Source of the DNA: an uncultured Rhizobium sp. | GTDB lineage: Bacteria > Bacteroidota > Bacteroidia > NS11-12g > UBA955 | DNA: 64,000 nucleotides | Assembly (NCBI GenBank): GCA_964415065.1 | Contig: CAYPYX010000001.1 | Span: 35,298-99,297 of the forward strand | Direction of reading: 5' to 3' | Part shown: in pieces, positions 31,478 to 41,516 of the stretch | Layout of the letters: every line of letters starts with the position of its first letter | Numbering within the stretch: position 1 is the first letter of the stretch | Made by a program: the position numbers and the translations under genes | The notes under the pieces: model-generated | Seen by the model: the letters and a program-made list of their open reading frames with translations, nothing else | Told to the model about the DNA's origin: nothing | Database searches by the model: none

Positions 31478-31624
31478 TTAATTCCTAAACCATTTAACTG
31501 GAATCGGTTAGTAAAAAATTGATTCTGTGGGTAAGAAAAACCCTAAGGTGTTTTTCAACCCTAAATCTGTGTCTAAGAAACCTGTAAAATTTTAGTTAGT
31601 AATTCTAAACGCGAAAAACCGATT

Positions 31625-32194
31625 CTATATATTTGATTTGAACAGCTTCACAGCAATAGCCAATAATATTACTCCAAAGAACTTTCTTACTACCATCATT
31701 CCCGATTTACCTATTTTTCTTTCAAACCAACCAGTGGTGTGTAAAACCAAAAACACGAGTAAAATATTCGGTAAAATCCCTAATAGAATAGTGGTTTTAT
31801 CGTAGATTGCCTTTAAAGATAAGATTGTAGTAAGGGTACCTGAGCCAGCGATGATTGGAAATGCAACTGGGATAATACTTCCTGAAGGAGTTTCAGGATC
31901 AGTTCTGAAAATATCAATACCTAAAACCATTTCAAGTGCCAATATAAACATAACAATACTTCCTGCCAAAGCAAAACTTTGCAGGTCGATCCCAATATAT
32001 TTTAAGAAGTATTCTCCTACATATAGAAAGCCGATCATTAAACTCGCTGAAGCTAAAGTTACCATTCCAGGATGGATATCCGGTATTTTTTGCTTTAGAG
32101 AAACCAAAATAGGAATGGAACCCAACATATCTATTACGGCAAACAGGGTAAAAAATACTGTAATTACTTCGTTTATATTTATGTTGGTTTCCAT
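31625..32194 (-). CDS. MarC-family integral membrane protein (UPF0056)
   Basis: 189 aa with 6 TM segments. The N-terminus (FFTLFAVIDMLGSIPI) is typical of MarC. Confidence 0.8.
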   Translation of the reverse strand: METNININEVITVFFTLFAVIDMLGSIPILVSLKQKIPDIHPGMVTLASASLMIGFLYVGEYFLKYIGIDLQSFALAGSIVMFILALEMVLGIDIFRTDPETPSGSIIPVAFPIIAGSGTLTTILSLKAIYDKTTILLGILPNILLVFLVLHTTGWFERKIGKSGMMVVRKFFGVILLAIAVKLFKSNI

Positions 32195-32337
32195 TTTTTG
32201 TTGTTTTTAGGCTAGGGTATTTAAATAATGAAATGTTCTTTATAATTCAAGGAATCTATGTTTGAATTTCACTCAGGATTCCGATTATCTCAACTCTTTA
32301 ATGAAATAGAAGTACAAGGCGCATCTAAATTCAAAAA

Positions 32338-32859
32338 TTACCACTTAATACTACAACCCACTGCTGGTATTTCTGGGTAATCTACTTCAATACCGTCTAA
32401 TGCATATTCAATAGCATCTTCCAGATATACATGAGTTACAGTTTGTTCATTATCCCAACTATCATCAATAGCACCTTTATATACTAATTCTCTGCGACTG
32501 TTAAATAAAAATACTTCAGGCGTTTTTGTAGCACCTAATTGTTTCGCAACTTCTTGATTCTCATCGTAAAGGTACTCGAACGGTAAATTCAATTGATTTT
32601 TCAACTGAATCATATTTTCGAAACTATCTTGTGGTTGTACCGCTGGATTGTTCGGATTTATTGCAATTACTGCTAAATTGTCTTCTTCGAATTTGTTGGC
32701 CAATTTGATAATTCTTTGCCAATATGCTTGCGAATACTTGCAGTGATTACAGGTAATAAAAATCGCTAATGCATACTGTTCATGATAATCAAATGAGTTC
32801 ACCATATTTCCAGATGTACTCTTCAACTCAAATGGGGTTAAAATCTCTCCGATGTTCAT
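32338..32859 (-). CDS. thioredoxin-fold protein (thiol-disulfide oxidoreductase-like)
   Basis: CNHC (CxxC) motif within a thioredoxin-like fold context (AIFITCNHCKYSQAYW). Confidence 0.55.
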   Translation of the reverse strand: MNIGEILTPFELKSTSGNMVNSFDYHEQYALAIFITCNHCKYSQAYWQRIIKLANKFEEDNLAVIAINPNNPAVQPQDSFENMIQLKNQLNLPFEYLYDENQEVAKQLGATKTPEVFLFNSRRELVYKGAIDDSWDNEQTVTHVYLEDAIEYALDGIEVDYPEIPAVGCSIKW

Positions 32860-32983
32860 TTCGAATACAAATTAAGAACAATTTTTGAGCAATGAAAAGG
32901 AATCCTTCTAAGAGTGAATAAAAAACTGAAATAATTATAGCTCGTTCATTGTCCAACTCATAAAAAAGAGATTAATTTGCATT

Positions 32984-34927
32984 GTGGAATCATACATTGT
33001 TTCAGCCAGAAAGTATCGTCCTACAACTTTTACAGATGTAGTAGGACAGAAGCATGTTGCGGAAACATTAATGCATGAAATCACCAATAATAAATTAGCT
33101 CAAGCATTCTTATTTACAGGTCCAAGAGGTGTAGGAAAAACTACTTGTGCTCGAATTCTAGCTAAAGTAATCAATCAGCAAAATGGTGAAAACTTAGATC
33201 ACGACTTTGCATTTAATATTTTTGAGTTAGATGCAGCCTCGAATAATGCTGTTGAGGATATTCGAAATTTAATTGATCAGGTTCGAATTCCTCCTCAAGT
33301 GGGTAAATACAAAGTATACATTATTGACGAGGTGCACATGTTGACAACAAGCGCATTCAATGCGTTTCTTAAAACATTGGAAGAGCCTCCTAGCTATGCT
33401 ATTTTTATCTTGGCTACCACTGAAAAGCATAAAATACTTCCAACTATTTTAAGCCGCTGCCAGGTATTTAATTTTAATCGGATTGAAACCAAAGATATGG
33501 TTGAACATCTGGCCATGATTGCAAAAAATGAAAATGTTCAAGTATCTGAAGATGTACTTCATTTGATCGCAAACAAGGCTGATGGTGGTTTGAGGGATGC
33601 CTTGAGTTTGTTTGATCAGCTAGCAAGTTTTTCTGCGGGTGAAGTGACTTACGAAAAAGCGGTCGACATGCTTAATATTTTGGATGTTGAAACCTTTTTT
33701 AGTTTAACAGAGCATGCTATCAAGCAAGAGGTCGGGGAAGGGCTTCTTATTATTGACAAAGCCATTAACCAAGGATTTGATGGTTCACTCATTATAGGAG
33801 GTTTCGCTCAGCATTTTAGAAACTTAATGGTCAGCAAAGATTCATTAACCAACAGTTTACTGGATGTTTCAGAATCTTACAAGATCAAGTACAAGGAACA
33901 ATCTTCAAAGCTTTCAATGGCGTTTTTGTTAAATGCATTGAACATTACTCATGAAGCCGACGAAAAATTCAAATCGTCGCGAAATCCAAGGTTGCTTATT
34001 GAGGTAACCTATATAAAGCTTTCACACGTATTACAATTTGTTTCTGAACTTCCCACACTTGAGGAAGTAAAAAAAAAATTAACTAGTCCCAGATTAAGTA
34101 ATGCTGATGGGGCTAATACAACTCCAACGAAGAGCATTGTAGATCGTAATACGCCTACAATAAAGGAAGATACGGTTAAAAAAGTTACACAGTCTCGATT
34201 GGGAGCCATCGATTTTAAAGCGTTTAAAAATCTGAAGAATTCTCAGAATTCTGATGGTAATTCATCCGATAATTCTAACGTAATAAATACGTTACCTTCT
34301 AATTTAGAAAACAGTATTGAATCTAATTCCTTTAAAACTTTAGAATCACAGGAATCATTGAATACTGATTTGAATGGTTTGAAAATAAGCAGCTCGGAAG
34401 TTGAGGTGAACACAATCACAAATTCAAATTCTAGCGAAAAAGGGTCCCCCAAAATTCATTCGACAAATGAACAATTAAATCCGTCCGACAAGATTGAAAG
34501 TATTTCTGGGGATTTAAACTCTAATTCGATAAATGAAACACCGAAAATTCAGAAAATTAAAACCTCAAACACTCTATCTCAAGAGCCAATCACGGTTGAC
34601 CAATTAATCTCTAAAATATCTGCCGACAAATCTCCCAGAATTGTATCTCTTCTTAAATCGGTTAAATGCGATATAATTAGTAATAAATTTAAAATAACTG
34701 CTTCGAGCCAGCTGCACATGGTAGCATTTGAAGAACTTAGAATATCATTAACTCAGGATTTATTTCTCCATTCCAACGGACAAATAACCGAGTTTGATTT
34801 GGAAATGGGGGAAGTAGAATATTCAGCGAGAAGACCCTATACAGATAAAGAAAAGTTGGACTATTTGATGGGAAAACATCCGAAACTGGTAGAAGCGATG
34901 GAAAAATTGCAACTTAGATTACCTTAA
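32984..34927 (+). CDS. dnaX: DNA polymerase III subunits gamma/tau
   Basis: AAA+ clamp-loader core (KYRPTTFTDVVGQ, GPRGVGKTTCARILAK, IIDEVHMLT, SRCQ). Long S/N/T-rich low-complexity linker. Conserved tau C-terminal region. Confidence 0.9.
   Translation: MESYIVSARKYRPTTFTDVVGQKHVAETLMHEITNNKLAQAFLFTGPRGVGKTTCARILAKVINQQNGENLDHDFAFNIFELDAASNNAVEDIRNLIDQVRIPPQVGKYKVYIIDEVHMLTTSAFNAFLKTLEEPPSYAIFILATTEKHKILPTILSRCQVFNFNRIETKDMVEHLAMIAKNENVQVSEDVLHLIANKADGGLRDALSLFDQLASFSAGEVTYEKAVDMLNILDVETFFSLTEHAIKQEVGEGLLIIDKAINQGFDGSLIIGGFAQHFRNLMVSKDSLTNSLLDVSESYKIKYKEQSSKLSMAFLLNALNITHEADEKFKSSRNPRLLIEVTYIKLSHVLQFVSELPTLEEVKKKLTSPRLSNADGANTTPTKSIVDRNTPTIKEDTVKKVTQSRLGAIDFKAFKNLKNSQNSDGNSSDNSNVINTLPSNLENSIESNSFKTLESQESLNTDLNGLKISSSEVEVNTITNSNSSEKGSPKIHSTNEQLNPSDKIESISGDLNSNSINETPKIQKIKTSNTLSQEPITVDQLISKISADKSPRIVSLLKSVKCDIISNKFKITASSQLHMVAFEELRISLTQDLFLHSNGQITEFDLEMGEVEYSARRPYTDKEKLDYLMGKHPKLVEAMEKLQLRLP
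34069..34114 (+). other. Candidate programmed -1 frameshift / slippage cassette inside dnaX. An A10 slippery run (34069-34078) is followed by a 6-nt spacer and a stem-loop (AGUCCC 34085-34090 / GGGGCU 34109-34114). The -1 frame terminates at TAG 34084-34086.
   Basis: Read directly: gta aaa aaa aaa tta act agt. The -1 frame gives att aac tag. By analogy with E. coli dnaX (A AAA AAG + hairpin) and T. thermophilus dnaX (A9 slippage). Confidence 0.35.
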
Positions 34928-34983
34928 TCGTTGAAGAAGCTTTAAACTTCGATTGTTTTGGCTTTATTTTGTATTACTAAACA

Positions 34984-36147
34984 ATGAACTCACAAATATC
35001 TTTTGATAACACGGAAATTGCCTTTAAAAGCAAGAATAATGGAGAGTTGAAAAAAGCAAGATTGCTTTTCAAATCATTTGATTACCCATGGTTACTAAAA
35101 TGGGGACCAGGGATGGCCAAAGTTGCACTAAATTTAGGATTCAAGTCGGTCATCAAAAATACCATTTTCGAACAATTCTGTGGTGGCGAAAATATCCAAG
35201 ATTGTCAATTAACGATCAATCGACTGAATGCTTCAGGTATTGGCACTATTTTGGATTATTCTGTAGAAGGTGAAGAATCAGAATCTGTTTTTGAATCAAC
35301 TGCTGAAGAAATTATTCGTACTATTTTGGCCGCTCAGAAACAGCCAGAATCCATTCCTTTTGCTGTTTTCAAAGTTACTGGTGTTATTCATTCCGATTTA
35401 TTGGCAAAAATGACTTCTCAGTCCGAATTAACATCCCCGGAGAAAAAAAATTGGGAAGACGGTGTTCGTCGGTTCTTTAAAATTTGTCAGACTGCTTTTG
35501 ATTGTAAAGTTCGTTTATTTATTGATGCCGAAGAAACTTGGTTGCAAGAGGCTATTGATCGCTTAGCCGAAGAAGCTATGTTGAGATTTAATCAAGAATC
35601 AACCATTATTTACAACACGCTTCAAATGTATCGTCATGATCGATTAGACTATTTAAAGAACCAAATTGCTTCAACAACACATCATTTAGGTTTTAAAATT
35701 GTTCGTGGAGCTTATATGGAAAAAGAGCGAGCTCGCGCTCAAGAAATGGGTTACTTGGATCCTATTCAAAAAGATAAATTTGCCACGGATAAAGATTATG
35801 ATAGTGCAGTTGAATTGTGTTTAGAACATCATTTGAGAGTTCAAATTTGCATTGGAACACACAATGAATTAAGTTCTTTAAAAGGTACGGAATTACTTCA
35901 AAAACACGGTTTAAAAAATCAACATCCTGGGGTATTTTTCAGTCAATTATTAGGAATGAGTGACCATATCAGTTATAATTTATCCAACTTAGGTTACAAT
36001 GTTGCAAAATATGTTCCTTATGGTCCAGTAAGTGCAGTAATACCCTATTTGACTCGAAGAGCGCAAGAAAACTCATCCGTTGCTGGTCAAATGGGACGTG
36101 AGTTGGGACTTATCGAAAAAGAATTAAAACGCAGATCCAAATCCTGA
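34984..36147 (+). CDS. proline dehydrogenase family protein
   Basis: PRODH TIM-barrel motifs (LFIDAEETWLQ, VRGAYMEKER, PYGPV...YL.RRAQEN). Confidence 0.8.
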   Translation: MNSQISFDNTEIAFKSKNNGELKKARLLFKSFDYPWLLKWGPGMAKVALNLGFKSVIKNTIFEQFCGGENIQDCQLTINRLNASGIGTILDYSVEGEESESVFESTAEEIIRTILAAQKQPESIPFAVFKVTGVIHSDLLAKMTSQSELTSPEKKNWEDGVRRFFKICQTAFDCKVRLFIDAEETWLQEAIDRLAEEAMLRFNQESTIIYNTLQMYRHDRLDYLKNQIASTTHHLGFKIVRGAYMEKERARAQEMGYLDPIQKDKFATDKDYDSAVELCLEHHLRVQICIGTHNELSSLKGTELLQKHGLKNQHPGVFFSQLLGMSDHISYNLSNLGYNVAKYVPYGPVSAVIPYLTRRAQENSSVAGQMGRELGLIEKELKRRSKS

Positions 36148-36148
36148 G

Positions 36149-37273
36149 ATGAAATTCTGGAATTTACACCGATTGAATAGATTCAATAACGCAGTACTAT
36201 GGATTTCTGCATTATTGTTGATCTATGTGGTTGTTGGTGGATTGGGTACCGCTTTAAAAACGGGTGTGGTCTCTGTAGAACCTTTCCGAATAAAATCGGA
36301 TTCGTTGAGTCATGTAACCATCAAACTTCATTCACCTTTGCATCAAGATGGTAGTTTAAAAGCTTTGTCTTTGGTACTTAAAAATTCGAAAAATGACTCC
36401 CAGATTTGGGAATTCAGAAAGGTAAAATTTGATAATCGCAAAAACGCAATAGAGTCAGATTTAAAATTGATATTGGGCATAAAATCTAGTTCATTTAGTG
36501 CTGATATGTTTCTGAAATTAAGAAATTCTAGTGGAGATTCATTTTTTGTTTATTATCCTGATGCTTTGTGGGTGGAAAAGTCTCAGAGCGACACTTCAAT
36601 TTCGAATGTTTCGTTATGGTCGGCTAACGATAAAACACCAATTGTTGATCAAGTGGAAAAAGGGTTTCCCAATCGGAATATACTGTACGAAAGCATTAGG
36701 AATTTATTGTACCACGTACCCATGTGGTTCAGCATGATGTTTTTACTGGGATTATCCATGGTGTTTGCAATGAAGTATTTATCCAGTCAAGATTTAAAAC
36801 ACGATTATTATTCAGAAGCATTTACCAAGGTTGCTATTTTAAACGGTATTTTAGGATGTATTACTGGATCCATTTGGGCTCGAGTGACATGGCAAAGTTG
36901 GTGGCCAGCTGAAGATCCCAAATTGAATGGGGTAGCTATTGGTATGTTAATGTATTTGGCCTATTTGATCCTTCGTTCTAGTATACGTGATAATTATCAA
37001 AAAGCGCGAATTTCTTCGGTATATAGTGTTTTGATTTATCCCATTTTCATTGCTTTGATTGCTATCATGCCTAAACTCTCTAGTACTTCTTTACATCCTG
37101 GAACAGGTGGAAGTGTTGGTTTCAATAAGTATGATTTAGATAACACTCTTAGATTTTATTTTTATCCTGCAGTTTTGGGATGGATTGGTTTATTTTACTA
37201 CATTTCTACGCTGAAAATTAGATTAACACTTTTAGCCAAAAAACAAGAAGAAATAGAAGCGAACGAAATTTAA
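36149..37273 (+). CDS. ccmC: CcmC-like heme-handling membrane protein (cytochrome c assembly protein family) with an N-terminal periplasmic extension
   Basis: Trp-rich WWD-like loop (IWARVTWQSWWPAEDPKL). Multi-TM. Sits directly upstream of the ccmD-like/ccmE/ccmF genes. Confidence 0.65.
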   Translation: MKFWNLHRLNRFNNAVLWISALLLIYVVVGGLGTALKTGVVSVEPFRIKSDSLSHVTIKLHSPLHQDGSLKALSLVLKNSKNDSQIWEFRKVKFDNRKNAIESDLKLILGIKSSSFSADMFLKLRNSSGDSFFVYYPDALWVEKSQSDTSISNVSLWSANDKTPIVDQVEKGFPNRNILYESIRNLLYHVPMWFSMMFLLGLSMVFAMKYLSSQDLKHDYYSEAFTKVAILNGILGCITGSIWARVTWQSWWPAEDPKLNGVAIGMLMYLAYLILRSSIRDNYQKARISSVYSVLIYPIFIALIAIMPKLSSTSLHPGTGGSVGFNKYDLDNTLRFYFYPAVLGWIGLFYYISTLKIRLTLLAKKQEEIEANEI

Positions 37274-37313
37274 ATATGATTAAACAATTAGTTTAATAAA
37301 TACATTATAATAA

Positions 37314-37460
37314 ATGGAAAATCAAATAGTTGAAATATTATCAAACAATATGAAATATCAAGTAGTAATTGCCGTGTTAACCGTAATATTGATTGGAACG
37401 ATTATCATGTTGTTTCGAATGAATAAGAAAATTAGCAAATTGGAGGAAAAAATCAAATGA
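37314..37460 (+). CDS. CcmD-like small membrane protein (48 aa). Not in the ORF track.
   Basis: ATG at 37314. Translates MENQIVEILSNNMKYQVVIAVLTVILIGTIIMLFRMNKKISKLEEKIK*. Single TM. The stop overlaps the ccmE start (ATGA) between ccmC and ccmE, the canonical position of ccmD. Confidence 0.45.
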   Translation: MENQIVEILSNNMKYQVVIAVLTVILIGTIIMLFRMNKKISKLEEKIK

Positions 37461-37876
37461 AACCTTTACACATCATCCTCATCTTAATTGCGGGAATCGC
37501 CATTGCAGCTGTTGTTGGCATGTGGGATAATACTTCACGTTATGTTTCTTTTCAGGAAGCAGATGAATTAGCAAAGGAAAATCCTTCAAAAAATTTCCAT
37601 GTTGTGTGTAAATTAAGTAAAGCCAAACCAATCCAATATGATCCTCAAAAAGATCCGAACCATCTGGTTTTTTATGCTATTGATAGTTTGGGAGTTGAAA
37701 AGAGAATCGAATTTGGACAGCCTAAGCCTCAAGATTTGGAAAGAAGCGAAAAAATTGTTCTAAACGGACGTAGCATGGGCGACTTCTTTTATGCTGAAAC
37801 TATTTTAAGCAAATGTCCTTCAAAATACGAAGACGCTCCAGTTAAAGAACACCCTGCAGACATTCCTCGAAACTAA
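37457..37876 (+). CDS. ccmE: Cytochrome c maturation heme chaperone CcmE, variant with Cys in place of the heme-binding His (CxxxY)
   Basis: N-terminal TM. OB-fold region aligns with E. coli CcmE (KDPNHLVFYAID..G..V.Y.G..P....E......G). The ILSKCPSKY segment aligns to VLAKHDENY. Confidence 0.8.
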   Translation: MKPLHIILILIAGIAIAAVVGMWDNTSRYVSFQEADELAKENPSKNFHVVCKLSKAKPIQYDPQKDPNHLVFYAIDSLGVEKRIEFGQPKPQDLERSEKIVLNGRSMGDFFYAETILSKCPSKYEDAPVKEHPADIPRN

Positions 37877-37888
37877 AAAAACAAAATT

Positions 37889-40540
37889 GTGAACCTACTT
37901 ACGTCATTACCTAGCGCATCCAATCCAATCATTGAATTTAAAAATGAATGGCTTTGGCTTGGCAACTTGGGAGAATTATTTATGGTACTTATGTTTATAA
38001 GTGCTATCGTATCAACAATTTTTTATTTTAAAAACAATCAAGAATCTCAAGCACAGTATTTGAGAATTGCACGAATTAGCTTAAATATTCATGCTTTATC
38101 GGTAATTGCCGTTTTTTCAACTTTATTCGCCATTATATTTTTTCATCGATACGAATACTACTACGCATGGCGACATTCAAGTAACGCATTACCTGTATAT
38201 TATATGATTTCCTGTTTCTGGGAAGGGCAAGAAGGTAGCTTTTTACTTTGGATATTTTGGAATGCAATTATTGCTTTAATTTTAAAGCGTCAAGCAGGAA
38301 AATGGGAGAGTCCTGTTCTTGCTATTATAGCATTTGCTCAGGTGGTGTTGTCATCTATGATTTTGGGATTCGAAATTGGCGATTTTAAATTGGGAAGCAG
38401 TCCATTCCAACTTCTCCGTGAAGAACGTCCGGATTTCTTAAATATTCCCATTTTAGGTTCATTGGGAATGGACAATTATTTACAGGTATTTAAAGATGGA
38501 AATGGATTAAATAAGCTGCTTCAAAACTATTGGATGGTTATTCACCCACCCACATTATTTTTGGGATTTGCTTTAGCTATCGTTCCATTTGCGTATAGTT
38601 TATCGGCATTATGGAATAAAGAAGATAGAAGCTGGTTAATGCCCTCATTGATCTGGGGATTGGCATGTGTAGGAATATTAGGAACGGGTATTATCATGGG
38701 TGGTTTCTGGGCTTATGAAAGTCTTTCTTTCGGGGGATATTGGGCTTGGGATCCAGTTGAAAATGCTTCATTATTGCCTTGGTTGATTATGACTTCTGCA
38801 GTTCACATGATTATCATTTCAAAAAACACGGGTCGTCATTTATTCACCTCGCACTTATTAACACAACTTTCATTTTGGTTGGTACTTTACGCCACATTTT
38901 TAACCAGAAGCGGAATTTTAGGAGAGTCAAGTGTTCACTCGTTTACGGATTTGGGTTTGTCTGGACAGTTATTGATTTTTCTTTTGGTTTTTATCGGAAT
39001 AAGTGCAATTGCTAGTTTCAATGCAACGGAATTACGAAAAAAGAGCAGCTATTTACTTACAGCACTTTTTGTAGTACCTATTTTATTGGCATATACATTA
39101 CCAGAATCAGCACATGAGGCTTATTCCAGTGGAATCAAATGGCTAGGTATAATCGCATTTTTTACTGTTTTGGTCGTATTTATTTGGAATTTATACAAAA
39201 ACAATAAAAATGAAATCGCAGATGAACATTTATCCAGTCGCGAATTCTGGATATTCTTGGGTTCAATGTTTATCATATTGAGTTTGGTACAGATTTTTGC
39301 TGGAACATCCATCCCTGTATTTAACAAACTGTTTGGATACAAGATGGCTGTACCCACCGAAGATGATTACAATCGAATTCAGTTATGGATGGCCATGCCA
39401 ATAATGATTTTAATGGCAGTTGCTCAGTTCTTTCATTTTAGAGAAACACCTACTGCGGTTTGGGTTAAGAACATATCTATTTCTGCAGCAACAGCCTTGG
39501 TAATTACGATACTACTGAATATAAATTTTGGAATTTCAGGAATTCAAAATCTTATGTTCTTATTTTTTGCGGTTTGGTTGGTTATGGGAAATTTCCAAAT
39601 CATATGGCAAAGAAAAAAATGGAGATTTTTGAACTGGGGAGCACCACTTTCACATTTAGGATTTGGTGTTTTGTTGGTAGGAGTTTTAGTTTCCTCTGTC
39701 AACCAAAAAATTCTTTCATCTACTGATAATGGTATCGCTTTAGCTCCAGAACAAGATGAAAAGGGCAAAATCGACATTAAGGGGGTTCAATTCAACCGAG
39801 AGAACTTATTGATTTATAAAAACGAACCTCTGACCATGGGAGATTATAAAGTAACCTACAGAGGAAGTCAAAAAGGTATTATCTATGATACGTTGGATGA
39901 GTTTTTCTATTTGCATTTTAGGAATATTAAAACAGGCGATACGTTTTTACTTTCTCCCAAAACCCAAAACAATCCCAAAATGGGTCTGTTGGCAGAACCT
40001 TCCACTAAACATTTTATCCATAAGGATATTTTCACCCATGTAAATTACCACAGTGGAATGGATAAAAAGGAGCCATACAGTTCGTTCGTTTCTGATACAG
40101 TTGTGTTGGGTCAAAAATTCACAACTTCCAGTGGAAAATGTCAGTTTACACCAATGCAATTACTAAAATCAACAGATGAAAAGGGACTTGCTTTAAAACT
40201 GGAAATACAAGTAGAGAGACTAGGTCGTAAGAGTTTGTTGTATCCTATGATTTTAATAAATGAAAAAAATGGGAACCTTGAATCTTTACCTGTTGAAGAT
40301 GAAAATCTAGGAGTGATTTTAACCCTGCAGAATTTTAAAATTGACGACCCAGATCCAGCAAAACAAAAAATATCTTTTGTTATTCAATCAGGAGAAAAAA
40401 CGCCAGTTAGAGAATATGTTGTGTTAAAAGCGGTGTTATTCCCGTGGATCAATTTGGTTTGGTTCGGAACAATCATTATGGTTGTCGGATTTATTATTGC
40501 AGTTACTCACAGAATTCAAGTTCAAAATAATTTGAAATAA
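37889..40540 (+). CDS. ccmF: Cytochrome c-type biogenesis protein CcmF (heme lyase component) with a C-terminal extension
   Basis: WWD domain GGYWAWDPVENASLLPWL. Many TM segments. N-terminus similar to CcmF. Confidence 0.85.
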   Translation: MNLLTSLPSASNPIIEFKNEWLWLGNLGELFMVLMFISAIVSTIFYFKNNQESQAQYLRIARISLNIHALSVIAVFSTLFAIIFFHRYEYYYAWRHSSNALPVYYMISCFWEGQEGSFLLWIFWNAIIALILKRQAGKWESPVLAIIAFAQVVLSSMILGFEIGDFKLGSSPFQLLREERPDFLNIPILGSLGMDNYLQVFKDGNGLNKLLQNYWMVIHPPTLFLGFALAIVPFAYSLSALWNKEDRSWLMPSLIWGLACVGILGTGIIMGGFWAYESLSFGGYWAWDPVENASLLPWLIMTSAVHMIIISKNTGRHLFTSHLLTQLSFWLVLYATFLTRSGILGESSVHSFTDLGLSGQLLIFLLVFIGISAIASFNATELRKKSSYLLTALFVVPILLAYTLPESAHEAYSSGIKWLGIIAFFTVLVVFIWNLYKNNKNEIADEHLSSREFWIFLGSMFIILSLVQIFAGTSIPVFNKLFGYKMAVPTEDDYNRIQLWMAMPIMILMAVAQFFHFRETPTAVWVKNISISAATALVITILLNINFGISGIQNLMFLFFAVWLVMGNFQIIWQRKKWRFLNWGAPLSHLGFGVLLVGVLVSSVNQKILSSTDNGIALAPEQDEKGKIDIKGVQFNRENLLIYKNEPLTMGDYKVTYRGSQKGIIYDTLDEFFYLHFRNIKTGDTFLLSPKTQNNPKMGLLAEPSTKHFIHKDIFTHVNYHSGMDKKEPYSSFVSDTVVLGQKFTTSSGKCQFTPMQLLKSTDEKGLALKLEIQVERLGRKSLLYPMILINEKNGNLESLPVEDENLGVILTLQNFKIDDPDPAKQKISFVIQSGEKTPVREYVVLKAVLFPWINLVWFGTIIMVVGFIIAVTHRIQVQNNLK

Positions 40541-40646
40541 TACGATTTTTCAATAATTAATTCAGCAAATTCAATCACGCTGTATGAAATTAATGCTGAT
40601 TTGATTAAGATTGTATTGAGTAAATGGATCAACTATTTAATCTCCT

Positions 40647-41486
40647 ATGAATTCCCCAAATCTCATTATATACGGTTTTGGTAACTTAGGTTATCACTTG
40701 CTCAAATTGTTTTGGGGACGGGGATTTCGAAACATTTCGATTGTAACTAATCAACCTATACACGGAGAATGCATTGATGGATATTTTAGTTACCACGCAG
40801 TTCAAAATGAATCCAAATACAGAATTCAACTAGGTGAGGACCTACCGATTTTTACCAGAAATCAGTTTCATGAAATTTCATCGCAATTCAAAGATGAATC
40901 CATTGTTTTTATATGTGTTAATGATGACAATATCGAAAATACCCTAAAAGAGTTTGATAAAAACCTTAACGAATGTCAACGTGTGATTTTATCAGGGGGA
41001 TATCAATTCCCCAATGGATTGCCTTATAAAGTTTCCGTAATTTATCCTTTATTTTCTTTTTCAAAAAATTCAGACGTCAATTGGAATTTAATTCCCATTT
41101 TTATTGAGTCTCCAAACACATTAATATTGGAACTGTTAAGAAATTTAAATCTTGAAAATGTAAATTATTTAAATTCACAACAACGAAATTTATTGCACGT
41201 AGCCGCCGTTTTTGCCAATAATTTCACCAATTCTATGTTCATCGCGGCACAAGAAATCCTGAAATTATCCCCCGAGTTAAAAATGGAATTTCTTCTACCT
41301 ATCATTCAACAAACCATCGATAAATTGAATGGACGAAATGCAGTTGAACTGCAAACAGGTCCTGCCAAAAGAGGAGATAATCAAACCATTGAAAGGCATA
41401 AACATTTGTTAAGTCATTTAGAGTCAGAACAAATCTTATACGAAGCGATTACAAAATATATTCGTGCAAAACTAAATTTAATATAA
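40647..41486 (+). CDS. Rossmann-like / DUF2520 domain protein (predicted NADP oxidoreductase)
   Basis: N-terminal GFGNLG dinucleotide-binding motif. C-terminal LQTGPAKRGD motif typical of DUF2520. Confidence 0.55.
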   Translation: MNSPNLIIYGFGNLGYHLLKLFWGRGFRNISIVTNQPIHGECIDGYFSYHAVQNESKYRIQLGEDLPIFTRNQFHEISSQFKDESIVFICVNDDNIENTLKEFDKNLNECQRVILSGGYQFPNGLPYKVSVIYPLFSFSKNSDVNWNLIPIFIESPNTLILELLRNLNLENVNYLNSQQRNLLHVAAVFANNFTNSMFIAAQEILKLSPELKMEFLLPIIQQTIDKLNGRNAVELQTGPAKRGDNQTIERHKHLLSHLESEQILYEAITKYIRAKLNLI

Positions 41487-41516
41487 AATATTAAACAAAA
41501 TAGATTAAATTAGTGG

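Noticed and set aside
31478-31624. Short imperfect repeats (ctgtgGGtaagaaa / ctgtgTCtaagaaa; aaccctaa x2) in the GT1/marC convergent spacer
   Set aside because: The copies are very short and degenerate. They are most likely chance similarity within AT-rich terminator sequence. I noted only that taattctaaacg is shared with the 4103-4212 repeat unit.
34009-34452. Minus-strand ORFs 34009-34209 and 34243-34452 inside dnaX
   Set aside because: They are antisense to the S/N-rich low-complexity linker of dnaX. Open frames are expected opposite such biased sequence.
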